Shown here in pieces: positions 45,401 through 60,347 of a stretch of DNA of 64,000 bases. This DNA is from the human T2T-CHM13v2.0 reference genome, Homo sapiens. The DNA lies in the NCBI RefSeq assembly GCF_009914755.1, contig NC_060939.1; one strand, written 5' to 3'. Below the pieces are notes generated by a model. It searched no databases. It saw nothing but the letters and a program-made list of their open reading frames with translations, and had not been told where the DNA came from. Position numbers and translations under genes: made by a program. Every line of letters begins with the position of its first letter. The first letter of the stretch is position 1.

Positions 45401-46609
45401 CATAAAACAGACATGTACTATAGACCCTTAACCAACATTGCTTCTGTTGATTGATTTTACTCTCGTTTTTCCTCTCAAATTATGGATTTCATCAGGCCTT
45501 CCACCTTGCTGCATCTCCTAGCCATCTGCTCTTGAGTTTCTCCTGGTACACAAACTAAGCAAATCTTTTATAACTTCAAAATATCAAAATGCTTCTCACA
45601 TGTGCTCTTTGCTCACATCATCTGTGGCAAGGCTTACAAGCTCTAGGACACAGCGATCTCCAATGTCTTATTGAGACTGTCACCAGTGAGTGGAGATGGT
45701 GTTCGCGTGGCCTCTCTGCTGGGCTGGTGATGGTTCTCTATGGCCAGATTGGACTTGAAAACAACATGGAAACAAGTTTCCTTTCTGCAACACTTCTCCC
45801 AACTTGGTCCATGCCTTTGCTTTTTATCTCCCTACTCCCTTCCAGGGGCCATATAGATTCAGAAGTCAATTACCAAATAATGGTAATGTGTTTACCCTTC
45901 TCTGCATTTAGGAAACCCACTACCTTCTGTCATTTGGCTTTACCATGCACACTTTGCCTGCCCTGGTTCTTTTCAACACTCCTTGATACACTTGTGTAAA
46001 AGCCCCTCTGAAGAACCATGTCAACCCTGTACTCTCACATCTGTCCTTTTTGGCTTCCAAAGTGAGCCTTTTAATTAAACAAAAGAAAAGATTGCCATGT
46101 CCATTTATTTTTGGCAGATTCGTGATTCCATCAGAGTTGATGCTTTCCTGTCCTCTTTGTCCTCTTTGTCTTTTAACATCCTTTCCCAACCAGGAACATG
46201 CTGAATGTTCATTTGGAAAGACTGAAGCTTCCAGGACCGTCACTTCTGGTGTCACTATTACGTGCAGCCCTCAGCCAGGTTAAGGTTTGATGATGGATCC
46301 ACAAAGCAAACTTCTGGCTGAAGACACATGGCCGGAGTTTATCCAAAGCCCTGACGGTTGCCAGCCATTCTTCCTGAGAAGCAGACATGTTTGTTTCCCT
46401 TGCCAACAACTTTGTATGGAGATAAATTACAGGATGTTTCCCACGGTCATGGCCCCATAACCAAGTAGCAGGCATTACTGTGTATGCTGGAGCTGTTATG
46501 AGTGGAGTTAAAAAGTATGGGTCTTTAAAAACCAGGTAAATTTTACTAAAGCTTATAGACACCCTAGGACTTAGAAAGGATTGGCTGATATAGTTGAGTT
46601 CATTTCAAA

Positions 46610-47060
46610 TTTTAATTTTATTGAGAGCCTATGTGGTCAGTTAGGGATACAAATTTTGGACATACAGGTCCCGTTCTCAAAGAGCTCAGAGATACCAGGG
46701 GAAAAGAAATGAATAATTGTAACACAGTGTCCTGTGTGCTATGATTGAGGCTTATCCATATTGCTTTTATGAGCCCTGATGAAAGAAAAATGAATTCCAG
46801 CCAGAGTATTGGGAGGGGATAGAGGAAAGCTTAACATTTAAGCTGAGTCCTAATGGAATTGTCCATAGGGACGGGACATGGGTGGAAGGACATTCTAGGA
46901 GAAGGGAGCATCGTGAGCAATGGCTCACAAGCCCAAACGTTCTGGGAAATGCTGCGTCATCCTTGAGACTGGTCCAGAGGTTGGGTAGGTGGGAGGATTG
47001 GGAGAGGAGGCTATAAAGGCTTTCCAAGGACCTTGCAGGCGATAACTCACATTCATTCAA
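46610..47060 (-). mobile_element. L2 fragment
   Basis: tttattgagagcctatgtg...acatttaagctgagtcct...gaaggacattctaggagaagggagca. Confidence 0.6.
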
Positions 47061-48014
47061 CACTATCTCATGTACCAGACACTTTTCTGAGCACTCTATA
47101 CATGAGGCTTCATGTAGTGATCATGCATCCCAGTCAGACTCTTCTGACATCAACAGACATTGACACATGAAGCAGAAGGAGTGCGTCTACACTTTAAGCC
47201 TACTTTATTTTCATTCAGGGATGTCACTCCGAGAACAGCAGTGTGGGATGAGGAACATAAAATCTGTATGTGATACAACATCTTTAGCTGGTTTGGGCCA
47301 AGTGTAATTGTTTGATAAACAAGGCATGTGGATAAAAATTGTGTCCACTTTTTATTAGCAAACACTTAATCTGATTGCAAAAGAAACCATCATGTGATTC
47401 AGCTTTTTCACAGTTTGCTTTACTAGAGCAAGTCAGAGCAGATGAGAAAGAACACCTAAACTGTGATTTCCTTTAAAGTACTTCAAAGGTGTTTTCTGAG
47501 TCTTTATAGGATAAGTTCTTACATCTGAGGTCCCTGACCCAGAAGGAGTCATTGATGAGCTTCCAGGGATCCAGGACACCTTTTATATTGTATACAAAAT
47601 GTTTTCTCTGTGAACACATTCCCATGTGCAGCTTTTCTAGAGAAGGCCCATGCTTTTATACAATTCTAAACAGAGTCTGTTAGCCCAAAGAAAGAGGAGC
47701 CAGGATTTGTAGAATGCACTGTCCCGACTATTTCAATGCCGGGATGATAAAATCCCAGCTTCTTTGCATGGGAAGCATGGACTTAAGAATCAGACTTGGT
47801 GTTCAAATGCTGCCTCTGCCATTTGCTGTTCGTGTGACCTCTGAGCTTTGGTTCCCTCCTCTCTAAGTGTGAGAAGTAATATGGGAACAGATAAGGTTAT
47901 TACACGTATGAGTAAAGAGAGGAGATGAGATTGCCAGGTGATTGAGGAAGGAAGACACTGAAGATAGAACCCTGAGGAACATCAGAATTCCAGGGGCTGT
48001 CTGGAAAAGGAGCC

Positions 48015-48304
48015 ACCTGGGTGTGGTAGCTCATGCCCATAATCCCAGCTACCCAGGAGGCCGGGGTGGGAGGATTGCTTGAGCCCAAGAGTTCCAGACC
48101 AGCCTAGGCAACAGTCAGACCTCATCTCTAAAAGAGGTTTAAAAATTTAGCCAGATGTGGTGGCATTTACCTGTAGTCCCTGCTATTGGGAAGCTGAGGC
48201 AGGAGGATCACTTGAGTCTAGGAGGTTGAGGCTGCAGTGAGCCATGCGCCTGCCACTGTACTCCAGCCTGATCGAGACCTTGTGTTTCTATAAAGAAAAG
48301 AAAA
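48015..48304 (+). mobile_element. AluJ inserted in an L2 relic
   Basis: ggaggattgcttgagcccaagag; TSD gaaaag(g)gagc. Confidence 0.9.
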
Positions 48305-49859
48305 GGGAGCTGATAAAGGAGACTGAGGGGAGAGGCCAGGGAGCTCCGAGGAAAACCAGAAGGGAAAAGTGTCCAGAAGAGAGAGTGTTAAGCAGCAGGG
48401 ATCACAGTGGCTTTAGACTGATTTACTTAGGTAAGGACTGAGAAGCCATCTTTGTTTTTTAATTGTCAACCCAGGTGGAGACTTTTCCAAATTGTGGCCA
48501 AGAAAGTATCTCATGACCTAAAAAGACTCTTCCTTTATTAATTTAACATAAATTTGTTGAATGCCCTTTATGTGCCAAACAAAGCCATTGAAGGAGCTTG
48601 GTTCATGAGGTCTCACCTTTAAACACTTTGGGCTCTAACATTATTTCTAGCCCTGCAGTTTCTAATAAGCATAGAATTACACCCAATCAGAAAATAGTTA
48701 GGCCTTCTGTGTGGTTTTGGGCATGCCACATGACCTCTTCAGGTTAAAGCGTGAAGACTAGATTATCCTAAATTTCCTAATCCAGAATAAATCCTACATC
48801 ACTGTCCAGACAAGATGTGGGCTGAGAGTGGTGGCCAATAAATACCTTCCATATACAAAACTCTGGTTATGCTTAGAACATTTCATCTTGTATGATGTCC
48901 CTCCAGTAAACTTCACACTCCTCTTGTTCTTCCTTGAATTTCCTGTGCCTGTACTTACGTTTAGTGAATGGACAAATCTATTGCATCTGAGGATTATCCC
49001 TCCTAACCCCAGGGAATCCTGTTGTTTTAACATGGAAGCATTACAAATGTTTCGTAAAACAAAAATAACATTTGCCTAATGCTGACCGTGAGTCAAGCCC
49101 TATGTTAGAGTCTTTCGTATCCATCATGTTGTTTGGGCTGAAAGTCTTCTTTCTGGAGATTTCTGTGTACTGCAGATCAAATCATGTTTCAAATAAAGGT
49201 TTTCCTGGAGCAAAACCACATGCAATAAAAGACTGATATAACACGCTTATTGCATAAGGTGAGTGTTAATCCTGGCCTGCTTACACCCAGCTCATCAAGG
49301 AGCTCTTCTTTATTTGAAATTGGCTTCCAAACCTGATGCCTTTCAGAGCAAGACATGCTTTCCTCCAGCTAGTTTAAAGGCTATGTGTGTCGTGTGTGTG
49401 TGCATGCATGTGCATGTGTGTGCGTGCAGACACTTGTTCCAAAGAGAGGCTCCAAAAGAATGTCTCTCAGTTTGTTGCATTTCCCTATCTACCCAGGAAG
49501 TTGTTTCTTGTTTTCATGACAAATGTGGACCTGTAGCCCTGAGTATTACTGGATTGTGTGTTGTTCAGTGGTGCCTAGAGGAAGGATAATGAGGAAAAGA
49601 GGACTGTCCCGGGTGCTGGTCAGTTAGGAGAGGAAAGAGGCTGCAGGCTTGGCCCCTGCTCAGCGGAGAACATGTTCTTGAGCAGTCAGGCTGGGTCTGT
49701 GGAGAGCTCAATTAATGGATGCAAGGGGCCCAAAGAGCGTGCTGCTGGCTTGACTGCGTTTGAATCAGCAGGACCCAGGGTCAGGGATGAAGTTTTTTCT
49801 TCACAGGTAAAAAATTGAGTCTTAGAGTAACTCTTTTCCAAGTGTTCTAATTTAGGTTT

Positions 49860-50162
49860 TTCTTATTTTATTTTATTTTTGAGATGGAGTCTCACTTTGT
49901 TGCCCAGGCTGGAGGGCAGTGGCACAATCTTGGCTCACTGCAACCTCTGCCGCCCAGGTTTCAGCGATTCTCCTGCCTCAACCTCCTGAGTAGCTGGGAC
50001 TACAGGCGTGCGTCACCACACCTGGCTAATTTTTGTATTTTTAGTAGAGACAGGGTTTCACCGTGTTGCCCAAACTGGTCTCGAACTCCTGACCCCAAGG
50101 GATCTGCCTACCTCAGTATCCCAAAGTGCTGAGCTTACAGGAGTGAGCCACCGTGCCTGGCC
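49860..50162 (-). mobile_element. AluS
   Basis: Reverse Alu; TSD ctaattta. Confidence 0.93.
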
Positions 50163-50289
50163 CTAATTTACTTTCTTCTAATTAGTCTAGTGAGTTTCTT
50201 CTCCAGAAGATTCTAATTAGTTTATTCTCCCACTGAGCTGATGGCTACTCTCTGCACACGGTTGCTTCTGGGGCCCGAAGCCCTTCCAG

Positions 50290-50630
50290 GAGCACCTAGC
50301 CTGAGGTGGCCATGCAGTCATTCCCTGTCTAGTCCCCCTGTGCTCTCACACTTATGACACACTTATTACAGTCCAACATGGCAGGAGGGCATTTTCTCTT
50401 GTTTATTGCCTGTCTTCAGCCTCAGTGGAATGGAAGCTCTTTGAGGACTGGGACCTACTGACTTCTTTCTCTGCTGTATCCCCAGAGTCTAGAAAAGATA
50501 CTTGGTACATAGTAGGTGCTAAATCAAAATTTGTTGAATGAGTGAAGAGAAGAATGGAGAGAAGGAAGGAAAGGGAGAAAAGGAGGGGAGGAAAGAGAGA
50601 GAGTGAAGGAAGGCAGGGAGGGAGGAGGCT
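50290..50630 (+). mobile_element. L2 3' end followed by a GA-rich tract
   Basis: ctgctgtatccccagagtctagaaaagatacttggtacatagtaggtgct...ttgttgaatgagtgaa. Confidence 0.7.
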
Positions 50631-52489
50631 TTAGCAGGGGTACTAACTGTTTTATTAAGCAAGCTGGGGCAGAGGAGACCAAAATCCTCAGGGCTCATGC
50701 AGGGTGCTGCCCTCTCTCATGGTGGTCCATCTATTTCCTGAAGCCCTGCCTTAGGTCAGATGGGGGTCTTTCATAGCTGGGACCTGGATCTGCTGTCTTC
50801 TCCCTCCCCCGACTTTCTTCACACTCACAGCCCCTTCTCTACAGGGAATTTTATTCCTAGAGCACCAGTAGCACTGTATGGCAGGAAGACACCAAACGAC
50901 AGCGCACAGGGTGATCACTGAGTCCAGCCCAAGGGGTAGCAGAGAGAGACCATGGCTGCGCACATCAAACGTGTGAGAGATGACATTGGCCTTGTGGATT
51001 TGGGGTAAGAAGAGCATATCAATGTCAGTGCTCCCAGCATTAGTAGGTACACAGGGCATGGCAGCTGCTCCACTTGTGCCCTGTGGCTTGTGGGCCAAGA
51101 AAACTACTTCCAGGCATGCCCTAGGTGATGGAGAGAATACAAAGGAATGTCCTTCTGCCTCCTGCCTTCTTGCCTTGCATCCTAGCTGGCCCCACGGCTT
51201 GTGATAGTCTTTAGATTTGGTGGCCACTGCATGGACAAGGAGCCTACTGTAGGACATCTGCACTGCAGGGACTCTAAACTCGGTTATGAGAGGGTGTCAT
51301 TCCCTGCTCTAGACCCCATCGCTGAGGTGTTGCTGAGAGGGCTGGGCTGGGAGGCCTGCGTTTCCTTGGCCACCACTCCTGTCCCTGGTGGGAGCTGACA
51401 GGCTCACTCTGCAGTGTGTATTTCAGCAAGTCCACCCAGTGGGACTCCCTGCAGACTGGCTTCTCTAAGAGGGTGTGGGCTGCAGCAGCCAAGAGCCATG
51501 GGTGCGGCTGCCAGGTTTCGAGAAAGTATTTGAGGCACTGGGGAGGCTATGCAGAGCCCCACGCCCTTGCTCCCTTTCCCCTCCTGGCTCTCCCGCCTGC
51601 AGTTTTAATAGGGGCAGGGCCTGGATTAAGTGTCTTGGGCAGAATCCAGCAACCGGAGTCCTTTCTGGCAGAGGAAGGGGAGTGCACATCAGGATCACAT
51701 TCCAGATACGGGGACAGAGATTAGGGAAGGATAAAGGAAAGAGAGTGAGAAAATTAAATGTGGCGAGAAATGGATTTTCCCCTTCTGTCTGAAAATAATT
51801 GAGTTGTATTATTTTGCAAAATAATCTGTTTTGAGGTTTTTCTAGTTTCCCTTCACACTACCAACTGCCTTACTTATTCAAAGAGGGGGAAAAAGCATTC
51901 ATGCTGGCCTTGTGCTGCGCGATTCCTACCAAATACCTCAAACTTGGGTGAGGTTCTGAGGTGGCTTTGCTGTCTGTGAAGACTGTGGGACTCAGCTATA
52001 GACATGAGAACTGGAGGCTCAGCCTCCTTGGGAAGGGGCGGCCAGATCCCATTTTCAGGTCTTAGCTGGCTTCTCCCTCTTTTCCAGACAAGTGCCTGTA
52101 GCACGGTCTTCCTGACCTTCCCCTTCTCTGGGCTTTGAAGGGCTTAGTCACATTTGGCTGGAGAGCCTCAAAGGTGTCTCTCTCACCCCAGGGTACGGCA
52201 TCGGCCTCCCTCCCCTCCTTCCAAGCTGTTCCTTAACATTCTGCCCTGGCCTCTTTTTTTGATGGTTTAATTGAGAGTTCCTATGTCAGGGTTTCCCATA
52301 TGGCAAAACCTCTGTATAATCAGTCCAGGGACTATTTAGTGACTGTTAGTAACTGTATTTTAATTGTAGAGTGTCATAAGATAGGACTTGGGGCAGCCAT
52401 CCGACAGAAATCCCATTAGATAGGGTCTCCATTTAGAATCATTTGATAGGACTGACCTGTCCTCATAGTGTGACAGACAGGAACAAGCG

Positions 52490-52910
52490 TGGGGCTTTCA
52501 AGAGCTTCAGCTCTGGGGCCAGATTTCATAAATTCATATTCTGGCTAAGCCACTTATCAACAGCATGGCCTTGGACAAGACTCCACTTCACTGTGCATGG
52601 GTTTCCCCATCTGTAAAATGGAGGCAAAAATAGGATTTACCTCTGGTTGCTGTGAGAATTAAATGAAGTAATACACGTAAAGTGCCTAGAATAGTGCCTG
52701 CTCAATTAGTATCACTTAACATCATCAGCACCGCTGTCATCATCATCTTTCTTTACTATCTGGGTGGCCCAGTGCAAGTGACTTAGCTTCTCTGAACCTT
52801 GGCTTCCTTCTGTGTAAAATGGGGATGATACTAATGGGGGTTGCCAAGAAGATTAAGAGAGGAATGTGAAGACACTCAGCTTAGGGCCTGACACCCAGTG
52901 GAAATGGCAA
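52490..52910 (+). mobile_element. Two MIR relics
   Basis: gtttccccatctgtaaaatgg...tgtgagaattaaatga; gcaagtgacttagcttctctgaacct. Confidence 0.75.
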
Positions 52911-53516
52911 AAATGAGTTCCTCTGTCCCTCCCCAGCACACCCTGCCTAAGCATAGCCCACCCTGTCAGCTATTTAGGTAGAGGATTCATTTTACCATAG
53001 CAAAGCTGGCTGTGTAATGGCAAGGATAGTCCTTGTTACTAATTTTAATTTGGTACAAGTTAACGTAATCCTCAGTCTAAAGAGTCAACACCTTTTCCCA
53101 CCCTCCTGTCCTCCCCTTCGCACCTTCTCTTCTGCTATGAATTACTCAGTCACAAGAACCTTGTACACACCCAGGACAGTGTGAGGAGGCGTAGGGGCAC
53201 AGAAGATGTGTAAGACACTCTTTTTGTGGTCAGGCTTAACGTGCTTAAAACTCTTTTCTGACCCCCATTGCATCATTCGCATCACTGTCCTCTTATTAAT
53301 CTTGAGTTATCTTTGATTCTCCCTCTATTGATATAGTACCTTCTATTTAGCAAAAACATTACTTACGTTATCTCATTGGTTTTCACAGTAACCCTGGTAG
53401 GTAGAAGCTGTATTCGTACCATTTTACAGATGAGCAAACTGAGGCTTAGTGAAGTTAAGAGCCTTCCCAAAGGTCACTCAGTAATAAGCCAAGCTGGGAT
53501 TGAAATCTGGGTATGT

Positions 53517-53868
53517 GGCTGGGTGTGGTGGCTCACGCCCATAATCCCAGCACTTTGGGAGGGCGAGGTGGGTAGATTGCTTGAGTTCAAGAGTTTGAGA
53601 ACAGCCTGGGCAACATGAGAAAACCCCAATCTCTACCAAAAATATGAAAAATTAGCCAGGTGTGATGGTGTGCACCTGTAGTCTCAGCTACTCAGAAGGC
53701 TGAGGTGAAAGGATCGCTTGGGCCTGGGAGGGAGAGGTTGCAGTGAGCCAAGATCTTGCCACTGCACTCCAGCCTGAGATCATGCCGGTTCACTCAAGCC
53801 TGGGTGACAGAGCAAGACCCTGTCTCAAAAACAAGCAAACAAAAAAACAGAGAAAGAAAAAGAGAAAG
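53517..53868 (+). mobile_element. Alu (J-like) with a 26-nt internal duplication
   Basis: Alu body; repeated agatc.tgcc....cactc.agcctg at 53751-53802. Confidence 0.9.
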
Positions 53869-53926
53869 ATGTGAGGATTCATCTTCTGTCCTTCCCACCT
53901 TGTTATCTTGTGTCTGCTGCTTCCTC

Positions 53927-54485
53927 TGTGTTTTAGCTGTCTATTGCTGTATAACAGACCACCCCAAAATTGAGTAGCTTAAAGAACAGTTTATTATCTT
54001 TCGTGGTTCTGGAGGTTGACTGCACTCAGCTGGGAGATTCTTGCTTAGTCTTTTCTGCAGCTGTACTCAGATGGTGGCTGAGGCTGGATTCATCCGAAGG
54101 CTTCTTGGCTCACTTATCTGGCACGTGGGGAAGAGCTGGGGGCTGATGGAGAATCTCTCCCTTCCTATGTGAGGAAGCTCGTGTTGTGTTGGCTTCCTCA
54201 CAACATGGTGGTCTTAGAGTAGTCAAATTTCCTACATGGCAGCCAACTTTCCCCAGAACAAGCATTCTAAAAGATCCAGTTGGAAGCTGCAGGGTTTCTT
54301 ATGACCTAGCTTTAGAATCTCAGATCTTCACTTCTAGCACATTTTACTGGTCAAGAAAGTTACTAAGGCCAATCCAGATTCAACACGATGGGTTACTCGG
54401 CTCTATCTCTTCATATGAGAAGCAGCGTATGCATACAGTGAGGGAAGAAATTGATGGTGGCCATCTTTATAGGATAAAGACCCAT
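53927..54485 (-). mobile_element. MLT1G/H-like LTR
   Basis: ctattgctgtataacagaccaccccaaaatt...ggcttcctcacaacatggtgg. Confidence 0.75.
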
Positions 54486-55329
54486 AAATATTTTTGCTTA
54501 AAAAAATCCCTCTTAGCCATTCTAGTCTACTACTGCCACCTTAGCAGGGTCCAGTTCTTTTGCGCATCATTTTGGGTTCACTACGGTACTCGGACTCTCT
54601 CCCCGGCATCCAATCCAATTGTGTATTTTGCTAGCATATGACTCCTCCTCAGATGCCTTTTTCATCCACAGTTCATGTATTCATAGATCCAAGAAGGGCT
54701 TTAGAAATTATCTAATCTCACCTTTTCACTTTACAAGGGAGCATATTCAAAATTGTGTGGTTAATTTTTAATAGAGTTTCAGGTCAGTCAGCACTGAAGG
54801 TGCCTTCCTTGAGCCAGAAGCATAAACAGAAAGAAGACCCTAAAGAGCCTATGGTTTAACAGGGGAGATGGATATCTTAGAGATAATTTTAATGGAAGTT
54901 TGCATATGATCCCATTGAAGCATAGTAGAGAGGTATACCATACAATTTGGGTTTCAGGGAAGATTTCCTGGAGAATGTGACACTTGAGCTGAATCACCAA
55001 GTATACAGAGAAGAGTTATCTAGGCAAAGAAAAGTGGATAGAGTGTCCTGAAAGAAAAAGGAGAAGAGGTGAGCAGGCAAGGGTGGCACATGCTGTCTGG
55101 TGTTTGTAGAGCATGGAGGGCCCTGGGTATCCTACTGAGGGATCTGGACTTGATTCTGTAGGTAATGGGGAGCCACTGAAGGAGAAGACCATACATGTCT
55201 TTTAACATTTATTGGGAAAGAGCTTAAAAGTGACTATTAGCTGACCTACTTCTCTGTGCCCAGATTCTGCTGTGATCATGTCACTTTGGATGGATTTTAA
55301 AGTGCTACCTCCCAAAAAAGGACAGTCAC

Positions 55330-56390
<1,061 letters not shown>

Positions 56391-56871
56391 AAACAAAGGC
56401 AAGATTGTAGAACAAATCATTACCACTACAAGCTTCTTTAAATCTGGGGTAGGATAAATATTCCATGGATTGCCTTTAATTTTATAGTCAGTTGAGAGAG
56501 AAAAGCCTAGCCTCATCTTCCTAGATTAAAGACTGTGAAAATAAAATTGGAAGCAAATATGACAAAATGTTAAAGTGAGTTAAGGTAAGCACATACATCG
56601 ATCATACTGCTTTTTAGTATTCTTGAACTATTTTGCAATAAAAAAGAAAAATTGCAATAAATAAATTAATTTCCATGCATGGTCCCGGTGCTATGCTCTG
56701 GAGTTACTGCCGACAGTGAGTTCCGTTTTTGTCCGCACGCAGCACTCCCACCCTAATTTCATCCTCCCCCTCCCTCCACACATATGGAGATCCACTTTAT
56801 TTCATTGTGTTTTATATTCTTCTCTATGTATACTCACTGCTTCCCTTCACCAAATTATAAATGCTGTAAAG

Positions 56872-57089
56872 CAGGGGTGTCTAATCTTGGCTTCCCTGGG
56901 CCACATTGGAAGAATTGTGAATTAGTAAAATTCACTAACACGAATGATAGCTGATGAGCTAAAAAAAAAAAAAAAAAATCACAAAAGAAATCTCGTAATG
57001 TTTTAAGAAAGCTCTTGAATTTGTGTTGGGCCACATTCAAAGCCATCCTGGGCTGCATGTGGCCTGCGGGCGGCAGGTGGACAAGCTTG
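56872..57089 (+). mobile_element. MER30 (hAT-Charlie MITE)
   Basis: caggggtgtctaatc...ggacaagcttg; exact 8-bp TSD CTGTAAAG at 56864-56871 and 57090-57097. Confidence 0.93.
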
Positions 57090-57117
57090 CTGTAAAGGGT
57101 ACAGAGTGTGTCTAATT

Positions 57118-57331
57118 CAGAAGTCAGCAAACTTCTTCTGTAAAGGGCCAGCTAGTGAATATTTTAGACTGTAGGCCAGTCTGTGTCACAACTACCCAAC
57201 TCTGCTGTGGTCACACAAAAGCAGCCATAGATAGTACATAAATGAATGGATATGGCTGCATTGCAATAAAAATTTAAAAAAAGAAAGTAGTAAACCAGAT
57301 TGGGCCCAAGGGCCATAGTTTGCCAACCTTG
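57118..57331 (+). mobile_element. MER58A (hAT-Charlie MITE)
   Basis: cagaagtcagcaaacttcttctgtaaagggccag...gggccatagtttgccaaccttg; exact 8-bp TSD GTCTAATT. Confidence 0.92.
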
Positions 57332-58741
57332 GTCTAATTGGCTGTTATATTCCCTTTTTGCTTTCTCACCTTCTCAACTTTCCCTAGAAGCCTGCTCACT
57401 GCTCCTGGTGTGCGTGTGTGTACGCGTGTGTGTGTTTGTGATCCCTGGGCAGGGGAGACCTGAAAAGGGAAGGAATGAGCATACTGTGTTTCTAGAATAG
57501 AGGAACCCAGGCTGATAGTGTCTCAGGCAGCAGTGGAAAATGTTAAAGAATATTAAGAACAAAAAGCGAAATCATGACTCCTTTTCAAAGACAAAATGAA
57601 CATGCGTCAAAGATTTTATTTAACTCATTAATTAATGAGGGAACCAGTATGATGTTACAACTGGTTCAAAGGAGAGAACGGACACATATAGAGGTCATCA
57701 GGTATGCGGAAAGGAATTTGCTTAGGATAATTGGCCTCTTGGGGACCAGGCAAGGTTTCCATTTGCATCTCTGCTGACAAAATTCATTTGCATTACTATC
57801 AGTTTTCTACAGTTTATAGAGTTGTAAAGTAACTCAGTTAAAGTAATGAAAGGCGCAGACGTATAAAATGAGATGGTGCAGAAAGGGTTCCTTGAACAAT
57901 GCCTCATTATTCCCCACAAAAGATATTCAGAAATCTTTTCTTTACTCTTTTCCAAGTTGCTCCTAATTTTATCTGATAGAAATAGTATTCATTAAAGTTG
58001 TGTTACTCAAGGCGATAGAAGATGGTTGAACTCTAGACAGGAGGTTTTCTGATAGAGCCTGTGGGAATACAAGGTGAAAAGAGACGCCTTCACCAGAAGT
58101 AACCTAGATGAGGGCTGAGGTTTGGCCAGTGGAAGTGGGGTGGGGTGGACAATTTCAGAGGCTGTTACAGAAAAGGCAGCATGATGGCGTGGAATCACAT
58201 GGGATGGGAGTCAGCAACCCTGGGAGCCCCAGCCTGCTACCCATCGTTCTTGCAACACTGGGCAAGTCTGGACAAATTTGCTCATCTGCAGTTGGGCGGT
58301 AAGATGAACTGCCTCAGAGGCCATTGTATCAAATGAGAAGGCACATATTTCATTACCTAGCACTTTGCCTGGTGATAGCTGTTTCTAATACAGATTAATT
58401 TCCCACCTTATCTGGGGTACTTTAGCTAGACATTAGCTATGTGCCCTTGAGCAAGTTACTTCAGCTGTCTTCACCTGTTCAAATGCGGAAAATGATACCT
58501 CCCTCACAGAGTAACTAAAGAAAAAACTAGCAGGTCGTGGTTCTAGCAAATACTAATTTCCCCTTAGGGGTTCAAGAGGGCTTCATAGACGAGGTGACCT
58601 GTGTGTCAATTCCTAATGGGTGAGTAGCTGTTTTGTACATCAACGTTTCCAGATCTCATATTTCGAATCATTAGTACGCACATAGTTTAGTTTTATTTTA
58701 TTTTGTCACCTACTCTTCAAACACTTGTGTTTTCTTTTTAG

Positions 58742-58776
58742 CCTTTGCATAGCGCTGAGCTTTAAAGCGTGTCTTG
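58742..58776 (+). other. Candidate 35-nt exon
   Basis: cttgtgttttctttttAG|CCTTTG...GTCTTG|GTAAGG; TGCATG at 58869-58874. Confidence 0.4.
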
Positions 58777-59116
58777 GTAAGGGGCACACGTTGTGGTCAA
58801 AGTAAATGGGAAACAGTATGAAATTGCTGGAAGCTGATTCTGGGGGTGGGTTACAAATGGAACTTGTATGCATGTGAATTAATGGTTTTTTAAAGCTCTG
58901 TTAAATTGCAGTTGTTTGAGACAGCCCTAATCACAAATGTTTTGACCCATTGCTTCCACCTAAACAATAAAATATCCTAAGAATTCTATTGTTTTGGCAC
59001 CTAAAACTGCATCTCCCTGAGTTTCTCTTTTCCAGAGATGATAAAAAAATCATTTATCAGACCCTTGGAAATGATACTCACTTGTAGTTCACGAAAATAT
59101 ATCCACTGCCCCCCCC

Positions 59117-59118
<2 letters not shown>

Positions 59119-59155
<37 letters not shown>
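59119..59155. repeat. (TG)18 microsatellite followed by a GA-rich tract
   Basis: Perfect TG run. Confidence 0.97.
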
Positions 59156-59158
<3 letters not shown>

Positions 59159-59985
59159 AGAGAGAGAAAGACAGAAAAGAAGAGAGAGGGCAAGCCAATG
59201 ACCCATGTGATTGGGTGTGTAGTGACTAAAGGACTTTGCATGAGGATTTCCAGGTGAAGCAAAGAAAGCTGTAGGTACTAACTTTCTCAGCTTGCCTTGT
59301 GGTTGTCAGTCTCTACCCTTCCTGTCACTGTTGCTGATGTAACAGTAACAAAGCCACCAAAATGGTAACCCAGGCATGACTCCAGAGTAGGAGCCTAACC
59401 CCAGGGCACCCCTCCACTCCATCCTTCTACTCTGTCTTTCTGCCTGCTTGAGATGCTCTCATGTATTTCCTTGTCTCCCAAAAATAGCCATAAACAGCAC
59501 AATCTGCTGACGCTTTGTAAAAATACAGTGGGGCGGTGTGGGGGACAAGGAAGAGGTTTTATGAAATGAAAGGAGGTCTGTTCTGTTCTCTTGCTTCCTT
59601 GGGAGGCCTTATGGTATGATAGCATGCTGAAGTGGGTTCTGTTTGGATTGGAGATGAATCTTGTTAAGTCCAACCCACCAACTGAACAGGAAACTCATGG
59701 GATGTAGCTACAAGCAACTTTCCTCCCTCTCTCTCTCATTGTCCCCTTAAAAGTAATTTAGTAGGAGAAGTTATTTCACTGTTCTTGGTTGAAAACTCAG
59801 GTAGTCTCATGACTTTTTTGATCACTCTCAAGTCATCAAGACTCCTAGGACCACTGGAAGTTGCCAACACAGTCACAGTCGCAATTCAGTTACTAAAAGT
59901 ATCCATCTAGCCTGTGTAGTGATCAAAACTTGCTTTAAAGTTAAATTACCACTCCCCTCTCTAAACTAGAACTTCTCTCAGGTGA

Positions 59986-60347
<362 letters not shown>

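Noticed and set aside
49792-49812. ttttttcttcacAG|GTAAAA as a recursive splice site
   Set aside because: Short pyrimidine tract and resemblance to a decayed antisense MIR core; no other support.
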